From: Carcharhinus longimanus | Lineage: Eukaryota | Assembly: GCA_030264375.1 (NCBI GenBank) | Contig: JASCQW010000099.1 | Span: forward strand, 19,135,152-19,199,151 | Length of the DNA: 64,000 bases | Reading direction: 5' to 3' | Shown here: piece by piece, positions 55,896 through 64,000 of the stretch | Layout of the letters: each line of letters starts with the position of its first letter | How positions within the stretch are numbered: position 1 is the stretch's first letter | Notes under the pieces: generated by a model | Databases searched by the model: none | The model's input: only the letters and a program-made list of their open reading frames with translations | What the model was told of the DNA's origin: nothing | Position numbers and translations under genes: made by a program

Positions 55896-58800
55896 CTACA
55901 GTGATCAACACAGTTGACCACAACACCCTCCTCCAATTTGGCCTGCCATTTTCTCCACTGTGGGTGGAAGTAGTCATTGCCTGGTTCTATTCTTATCTGA
56001 TGACAATATACAATGATTTCTCAATGATACTGGCATTTATGAAGCCCACATGTTTTTCACTGAGATCTCCCTTCGAACACTATTAAAATTATGTTCCAAG
56101 TTTTTGTGCATTCACTGTCTTTCACATTTTCATTCAACTCAAACACCATGCTTATAATTCACATGTGGTTAAGTGTAATGCCGGTCTTAAATAATCCAAT
56201 AAACTCTCAATGGGATCAAGAGAAAAATAGTTGGCAAAGAGACACAACAAATTTTGACCCAATGACAATATACAACGATTTCTCAATGATACTGGCATTT
56301 ATGAAGCTAAAAAATACCTCTTAAATTATGTCCAAAACTAATGGGTTAATGGGTTTAAGTATGATACTTTTGTGATGCAGCATTTTTTATAATCATGCTC
56401 GCAAAGGTTAAGCAGTTTTTAGACTTGTTTAACTTACTGATTATAATTGCATAAATATCAAATTTGTCACAAAAGTTATTTTGTATTTTACTTCCAACCG
56501 TCTAGGCTCCCTCCTGCATTTTTTTCAAATTTACAAGGTCAAAGAAAACACCAGAAGCTGAACTCTTCTTGCTTGTAAAAAATGTATTTAATGCCAATTA
56601 TGCCTTTTTTCAGGACTAAGTATTCTAAAAATACCCACAAGAGTTTATATCTGGCAGCCCTATCAATAGATTAACTGAAACAGTATAGCAAAGATATGTC
56701 AAAGTGCTTAAAATGGCCTGCTGAAATGATAGCGTTTTAATATTGTTTGGCTGTCCTATAGATGAAGTACTTTGAGTAAAGTATGATACCATGAAGTTAT
56801 TTAGGTATAGTAGATTTAACAGTGCTTAGTGAATTTATTTATTCTAGCGACAATAAAGTGATTTATTTTAAAATTAGCATGCATAGGTGTATTTGTTCAA
56901 ACCTCAAATGTAAGCTACTGGAATAAAGATTCGTGGAGAATCCAAATCATAACATCAGTACATTTTGAACCAATAGGCTTTTTGTATTGCTCAGATCTGT
57001 AGTTATAAATACCAGAGTTCAGGATTATGCCCTTACCTTCCCTGTATCAAAGGCTTGCTATCAAATTTTGTACTACATCTACCCTTTCTCATACAAGATG
57101 TAATGCGTTCTACTTAAAAGCCTTCTAACCCTGTCTCTCGGCTCATGATCTTGGATGGTTTTAATACTTTTGGGAAAACAAAAGCAGGAATTAGTGACAT
57201 TTACAAGACCATGTGAATTAAAGGCTTTTAAGTAATTGCAGGTAAATAACATTCAGATGTAACAAAAGAATCTGAATAATAATCAAACTACATACTATCA
57301 TGAAAAATGAACAATTTTAACTAAATTATGACATTGTATTTTGAAAATGCTGATATAATGCAGACAAACCAATGAAAAGAGATGGTTTAAAGGAGAAGAA
57401 GGGGGTCTCTATATGGAGCAATGCCCGAAAATCTTCCTTAATTGTAAAACTTATATTTGATGCTATTGAAACAATCACTCCATCATTAACAAAAAGGTTA
57501 CTGGTCTGCACGGTGGTTTAACCAGTACATGGTCATCTGTACATTCCAAAGCTTTAGAGCTTAAGATTTTTCTCATTGTCACATGACTTTTGGATCTTTA
57601 TATACCAAGGATAAATTTCATAATATTTTCTTGTAATACTGTGCTAGTGTTATATACTCTACAGTCCATGTCAATCTGCCTTAGAGTCAATAACCATCCC
57701 ATTCAAAATCTATTTGTGAATTCAACACAGTCTCCTTTTCCTAAAAGGAGCTCACTAAAAATTATTCAACAGTCCCTTTTACATTAAGCTTCTTGTTAGT
57801 TCAATACCACTTGGTCCCTACAAATTTGAGTGTAGTTTGTTCATTTTGCTTCATATGTGACTCAAGTTACCAAATAATATGTATGGGGTATTCAGCTATG
57901 CCTCAAATCTTCTTTACATCAATACCTTTTCACAATTTAACTTGGCATAAGGTACAGGAAAATGCGGTTGTTTGAATAAATAGTTTAGCTTTGTCATATA
58001 CAGTAAAACAAAAACCATCCAATGGATTATTTTGTAACAAACCCAGATCTTCACTTCCAGATTAAGCCATTCTATTGTACATTGTTCTTAAAAGTGCAGT
58101 TTTCGGATACATTCTGCAAGGAATTTCAGACAGTGCAGTGATGTTATGACATGGGTTATCGCTAAAATGCACGTTTAAGAGAATGATATTATCAAGAACT
58201 CATTGAAGATGTAAATGCAGACATCACAAATTTCCACATTTTGCTGTATCTGGTTAAATTCACTTAAAAAAAATTAATAAAATCAATGAATGTGTTCTCC
58301 TTTGTCTAATGAAGATGGGTGCTACATTCTCATTGAAGGATCTCTCTAGTAGGACTGGTTCTTGAATCAGTCTCCACAAAGAATGTGCCTCTTTGGTGTA
58401 GCAGGTACCCATATTTCAACAAACAAAAAGTTCTATAGTTTCTGCGCAGAGCAAATATTTGCTCAATAGTCTAGGTACCGAAAATGCATTTCCAGAAGTT
58501 CCCCTTTTAATACACTTAAAAGTAGTTAAACAAGGCATGATCGCAGGAAACATCAATCCTGTTTTCAGGTTGGAGGTGTAAACCACATTTTCCTNNNNNN
58601 NNNNNNNNNNNNNNNNNNNNNNNNNNNNNNNNNNNNNNNNNNNNNNNNNNNNNNNNNNNNNNNNNNNNNNNNNNNNNNNNNNNNNNNNNNNNNNCATTTT
58701 CCTCTAACGGACCTCTTCCCGGCTGGTTGATATTGTATCCCCTTTAGCATCAATCTGAATTTACCGTTGGTACAGCAAACTGACAACTATTTTCAGTTAC

Positions 58801-59018
58801 TGGCAAAGTCAATATGATTAAATTTTTAGTTGCAACTGTTCAATTTGTTTCCCATTGCCTGAATGCAAATCGATGGAAACTCTGTCTATGTCAGAAGTGA
58901 TAAAAACTTACCAAGCCAGGCATTAACAGTATTTTTACAGCTTAAGACATTTGCATTCTCCCATGCTGCAACCTCACATGTTCAGGAGCTTGTAGTGTTT
59001 AAGGAAAATACATCAGAG

Positions 59019-59498
59019 CTATGAAGAGTGGGCATTTTCTAGCAGTGATAATCCATCTCGATGGAATGATGGATGCGTATGCTCCCTTTTGTAGGTTTTT
59101 GGTGGAAGCTTTGGAATTATTTGAGATGTAGAGCTCTGTCTTGGTGGAACTGGTGGTCCAGCAATGGTACCACTATCAACATCCTGTGGCAAGTGTCTGC
59201 GAGTTCCAAGTGGTGAAGGTGTTTGAGGAGGTGGTGGAGTAAAAGGTGTAGGGGAGTTGGGGAAAAAAGTGTTAGGATGCTCCGTTTTTCTACCCAAGGG
59301 TGGAGGCTGCAAGGGCAGAGGTGAGCCTGGAAATACATCTGGTGTTCGCAGGGGCTCTCGGGGTGGCAAACTGGGAGGACTGTCAGGAGGCTCTGATATG
59401 GATGACCTCTCTGATAACGGGTATCGAGGTGAGTAAACCTTTGCTGTGGGTTGACGGGGTGGAATAGCAGGCGGACTGTCCAAATGTTTTGATTTGAT
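59019..59498 (-). CDS. SOS1: SOS1 (Son of sevenless homolog 1) last coding exon, proline-rich GRB2-binding tail
   Basis: Acceptor ttgtctgtttcag|[29 protein letters not shown]...PPVPPRQ...[31 protein letters not shown], very close to the recalled human SOS1 C-terminus. Confidence 0.97.
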   Translation of the reverse strand: MKSKHLDSPPAIPPRQPTAKVYSPRYPLSERSSISEPPDSPPSLPPREPLRTPDVFPGSPLPLQPPPLGRKTEHPNTFFPNSPTPFTPPPPQTPSPLGTRRHLPQDVDSGTIAGPPVPPRQSSTSQIIPKLPPKTYKREHTHPSFHRDGLSLLENAHSS

Positions 59499-60345
59499 CT
59501 GAAACAGACAAAAACAAGTCTGTTAAAAGAATTCACTAAGCAAATAACCTCAAGAATCATTATTATCAAAGCATTAATTCTTCAGCAGGTGCTAGAACAT
59601 GAAAGTTTGAATTAACAGTAACATTCCTTAACATGGAATGCTAAGGGCCAGTTTTATTCCTTAAAAGACAGCAATCAAAGATACTGGATAAACTATTAAT
59701 CAAGGTAAACTGTTTAGGAGTAAGCTCCTCTCCCCTTCATTTATTACAACTACTGAAATATATGTTGGCTGACCAGGACTTTCTGATATTCATCAAATTG
59801 AGCCTATTTTAGCTTCAGGGAAATGAGTACGTCTCTCCACTGGTTCAAATATCCACACATAATACAACATACTATGAGACAAATGCATTTTTGAATAACT
59901 CAATAAAAGGAACATAAGAATGCAGAAAAGCCAAAAGGTTATTCAGCACACCCAACTGTCAGGTGGCTTCTACTTTCAGACATAATCTGATCATAAAAGC
60001 TGTTGCCCGAGTTAAATTCTAACGGCTTACTCATCAAGAAAGGGAACGTGCGCTGTTTTAAAATGTCATGGACATGCAGAAATTGCTGCACATATGTGCG
60101 ACATACCCACACAAGCGTGCGCACAGAAATTGGCTGGCATGGACAATACGAGTTGTAAATTTCTAGAATTGCAATTAACGGACAGAAGATGTGCTTTGCA
60201 GTTTCTGTCTGGTATGCATGATCATCAGCTAAAAATATCATGATGTTAAAGTCGTCTGGACAATGGTTGATAAAATTTAAAATTTATGACCCCAAATCAG
60301 GAACTTTAATATTATGAGTAAATTTAGTGTTAACCTGGTTTAATT

Positions 60346-60725
60346 GGTTGTGAGTTCAAGCCCAACTCCATGACTTAAGCACATAATCTAGGCCAACATT
60401 TGGTCTAGAGAGTGCTCCCATATCAGAAGTGCTTTCTTTTGGATGAGATGTCATGAAACTCAGTCTGCTCTTTCAGGTAAATATACAAGATGCCTCGCAT
60501 TATTTCAAGCAGATCAAAGAATTCACCCAGTATCCTCATCAACTCCTTGCTCAACTAATAGCACCGATACAAATGGTTATTCATGCACTTGTTTATTGTG
60601 TAACCTTGCTAAGTGAAACGTGGTTGCCACATTTGCTTCCTTATATAAGTGACAAGTTTTCAAAGTTAATTTATTGCATTTTTGAATATCCTAAGGACAT
60701 GAAAACACTACAAATTCAACTTCTT
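60346..60725 (+). mobile_element. Deu-domain (SacSINE1-like) SINE in the SOS1 intron
   Basis: GGTTGTGAGTTCAAGCCCAACTCC...TTTTGGATGAGATG...TCTTTCAGGTAAATATACAAGATGCC. Confidence 0.65.
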
Positions 60726-61539
60726 TACTGTGGCACTCTTGTTTAAAGAATGTAACCTTTCCATGCATTTTCTTTTTTCTTTGCACTTCTGTAAAGCATT
60801 TTGTATGTTTCTCCATTGTTAAATTTGCTTTAAAAATGTAGATTGCATTTTATTTTTCTCAGGAAGTGAGGAATACTGATAATGCTGCATTTATTGCTCA
60901 TCCCTAATTGTTCTGAGGTTGTGGCATTTCTTCAACTGCTGTAATCCTTATGGCAATAATACTTCCATAAATTCAGGATGTTTAGCCAAGAATGAAATAA
61001 CAACAACATCTGTCCAATTTAAGATGGTGTGTATTTAGGGAGAGAATTTAGAGGTCATAAGGGAGAAGTGCTATGAAACAGTGGCACACTGTTGCAAAAT
61101 ATCCTGTGCATTGTACATATTGTGCCACTTTGGAAGTGGTGAATATTCAGCTGAACAATAGTTTGACTTGGATGATGATGCATCTCTTCAATATTGGTAT
61201 AACTTTACCCATCCAGACAAGTGGCAAGGATTCTATTGCACTCCTTACTCTAACTATGTAAATGGCACTGTGACTATTTATGAATGATGAGCTGGTCCCC
61301 ACCATGCCCGTTAGAAACCTGACCAGGATCAGGATTGTCACGGAGATTGTGCCCTGCATACAGAGTGAGAACAATTTTCCCAACTCCAGGAAAATATGAT
61401 CAGATGTTCGTGTGATCAGTTGGGTGTAAGTCTCATCCCACCATTTAATCAACTGTTTTGTGCAACTTTTCCCCAGTCTCTCTCCCATTCTGAGGCTGTG
61501 TGTATGGGTTTTGGAAGTGCAATGATGTACTAACTATCA

Positions 61540-63360
61540 ATATCTTTTCCCAAAGGCAGCAGAGTTTAAAACTAGAGGGCATAGGTTTAAGATGAGATAC
61601 AAAAGGGTCCAGAAGGGCAAATCTTTCACACAGAGGAAACAAGCTGCCAGAGGTAGTACCAGAGGTACAATTTTGTCTTTTAAAAAGTGTTTAGACAGTG
61701 ACATGGGTAAAATTGGTACAGAGGAATATGGGCCAAATGCAGGCAATTGGGATTATCTTAGGGATTTAAAAACAGGGGCAAGTTGGGCTGAAGGGCCTGT
61801 TTCCATTCTGTATACCTCTATGATTCTATGATTTTGTAGTACATTAATGAGAAAGGATCTGGCCTCAGAAGATCATGAAGTAGAATCAGTATGTGTAGAA
61901 ATTTGGAATAGCAAAAGTCAGAAAACATTGGTGGGCATAGTTTATAGGATCCTAACAGTACTAATACCAATGGACAGAGTATCACATGAGAAATGATCAG
62001 AACTTGTAACAAAGGAGATGTAATAATCATGGGGAACTTTAATCTCCACTTGACTGGGACAAATTGGCAAGAGTAATCAAGAAGGTGAACTTTTATAAGT
62101 TTTTATGACAGTTTCTTGGAACAATATATTGTGAAACTGACCAGAGATAAAGCTATCTTAGTTTTAATATTCTATGATAAAGCAGGGTTGATTAGTAATG
62201 TCATAATAAAAGATCCATTGGGAAATAGTGATCATAATACCATTGAATTCCATGTTAAATTTGAAAGTGATATCCTCCAATCACATTCAAGAATTTTAAA
62301 TTTAAACAAAGCCCATTACATAATTAAGGGGGAGAACTGGCTAAATAAACTTAAATGTATGGAGGAACGATGGGAAACATTTCAAGAAACAATTCAAAAT
62401 GTTCCACAAAAATACATTGTTGAAAAAGAAAAATTCAGCAAGAAAGACCCAAGGGTAGTACTAAATTAAAACGAGACTTACAATGTTGCAAAAAGAAGTT
62501 GCCAGTCTGAGGACTGGGAGTGTTTAGAAACCAGCAAATATAATGGGGAAAAAAAGCTACCCAGAAATACAAAATCTTATTTTAACAGCAAATGTTACAC
62601 CATTTATGCCAGTTAGTCTAACATCAGTTGTTAGGAAAACACTGGAATCCATTATTTAGTAAGTCTTAACAATGCACTTAGTAAAGCGTAGTATGATTAG
62701 ATTGTGATTATGATTAGATACATTGTTCTAACCAAATCAACATAGTTTTACTAAAGGAAAATCCTGTTTGATAAATTTATTCATTTATTGAGGAAGTAAC
62801 TGGTAATATACCTGAATTTACGAGAGGTATTCGATAAGGTGCTACACAAAAGGCAAGATAAAGGTTCATGGTGCTGGGGGTAATATATTAGTATGGCTAG
62901 AGAATTAATTACTGGATAGAAAGCAGAGAGCGAGCATAAACGGAGCTTTATCAAATTGGCAGGCAGTAAATAGTGGAGTACTGCAAGGAACAGGGCTGGG
63001 GCCCCAGCTATTTACAATCAACATTAATGACTTAGATGAAGAGACAGAGAGTAGTGTATACAAGTTTGCTGATGATACCGAGCTAGATGGAAAGACAGGC
63101 TGTTGGGAGTATCTAGAGCGGTTGTAAACAGATATAGATAGGTTAAGCAGGCAACAAGATGGCAGGTGGAATATAATGTAGGGAAGTGTGAAATTATTCA
63201 TTTTAGTTGCAAGAGTAGAAAAACAAAACATTTTTTATAAAGGTATAAAACTTATAACTGCTCATGTTCAAACAGACTCAGATGTGCTCACACAAACAAT
63301 GCAGAAAGTTAGCATGCAGGTACAGCAGGCAATTGGGAAGGCAAAATGGCATGTTTTTAA
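61540..63360 (+). mobile_element. CR1 LINE fragments (3' end ~61540-61830; deleted ORF2 ~61840-63360)
   Basis: PLGNSDHNTIEF; SGVLQGTGLGPQLFTININDLDE; KFADDTELDG. Confidence 0.85.
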
Positions 63361-63364
63361 ATTC

Positions 63365-64000
63365 ATTCATGGGACATGGGCGTCACTGGCTGGCCAGCAT
63401 TCCTTGCCCATCCCTAGTTGCCCTTGAGAAGGTGGTGGTGAGCTGCCTCCTTGAATTGCTGCAGTCCACATGCTGTGGGTTGACCCACAAATTTAGAGAG
63501 GGAATTCCAGGATTTTGACCCAGCGACTATGAAGGAATGGTGATATATTTCCAAATCAGGCTGGTGAGTTGTTTGGAGGGGAACTTGCAGGTGGTGGTGT
63601 TCCCATTTATCTGCACCCCTTGTCCTTCTAGATGGAGTGGTCTTGGGTTTGGAAAGTGCTGTCTAAGGATCTTTGGTGAATTGCTGCAATGCATCTTGTA
63701 GATAGTACACACTGCTGCTACTGAGTGTCAGTGGTGGAGGGATTGAATATTTGTAGATGTAGTGCCAATCAAATGGGCTGCTTTGTCCTGGATGGTGTCA
63801 AGCTTCTTGAGTGTTGTTAGAGCTGCATCCATCCAGGCAAGTGGGGACTACTCCATCACACTCCTGACCTGTGCCTTGTGGATGGTGGATAGGCTTTGGG
63901 GAGTCAGGAGGTGAGAGTTACTCACCGCAATATTACTAGCCTCTGACCTGCTCTTGTAGCCACTGTGTTTACATGGTGAGGCCAGTTGAGTTTCTGGTCA
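63365..64000 (-). mobile_element. CR1-clade LINE 3' end
   Basis: - strand TIYKAQVRSVMEYSPLAWMDAA-like and CTIYKMHCSNSPKILRQHFPNPRPL. Confidence 0.8.

Larger units (their letters stand above)
55130..55999 (+). mobile_element. Old L2-like LINE RT fragment, interrupted at 55766-55895
   Basis: PTFCSLNPILTTLLTTQFPSLVPMLADVVNGSLSSGTVP; PFLTKVLE; NTVDHNTLL; AWFYSYL. Confidence 0.75.
51680..59018 (-). other. SOS1: Putative long SOS1 3'UTR / 3' region
   Basis: AT-rich, repeat-poor stretch downstream of the SOS1 stop. Candidate - strand poly(A) signals: AATAAA at 56834-56843 and 54805-54810, ATTAAA at 51699-51704. PUM-type TGTACATA at 52652-52659. True end not determinable. Confidence 0.45.

Noticed and set aside
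1-64000. CRISPR arrays, operons or prokaryotic defence systems
   Set aside because: The sequence is intron-rich vertebrate DNA and shows no regularly spaced repeat-spacer array.

Overview
Vertebrate nuclear DNA, almost certainly a shark/elasmobranch judging by the repeat landscape (many HE1-type tRNA-SINEs, Deu-domain SINEs, CR1, Tx1, Rex1, L2, Penelope, Gypsy and Harbinger relics), with several 10-N and 100-N assembly gaps. Two genes converge tail-to-tail. On + is the 3' half of ARHGEF33 (coding exons 4302-4450, 20203-21046, 40189-40337, 41770-41911; phases join; ends ...DRGTAV*). On - is the last coding exon of SOS1 (59019-59498) with a probably long 3'UTR. Main surprises: (1) two intact, consecutive PRC1 exons with their intron (16006-16490) sit on the same strand inside an ARHGEF33 intron, with no other PRC1 exon visible; (2) a short Penelope-type repeat family carries minimal hammerhead-ribozyme motifs (CUGANGA-stem II-GAAAGCUH), and one copy with an intact core lies sense to SOS1 downstream of its stop, as an inverted insertion with a 19-bp target-site duplication. 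Gene and repeat identities come from recalled protein/consensus similarity, not database searches; most repeat boundaries are approximate.
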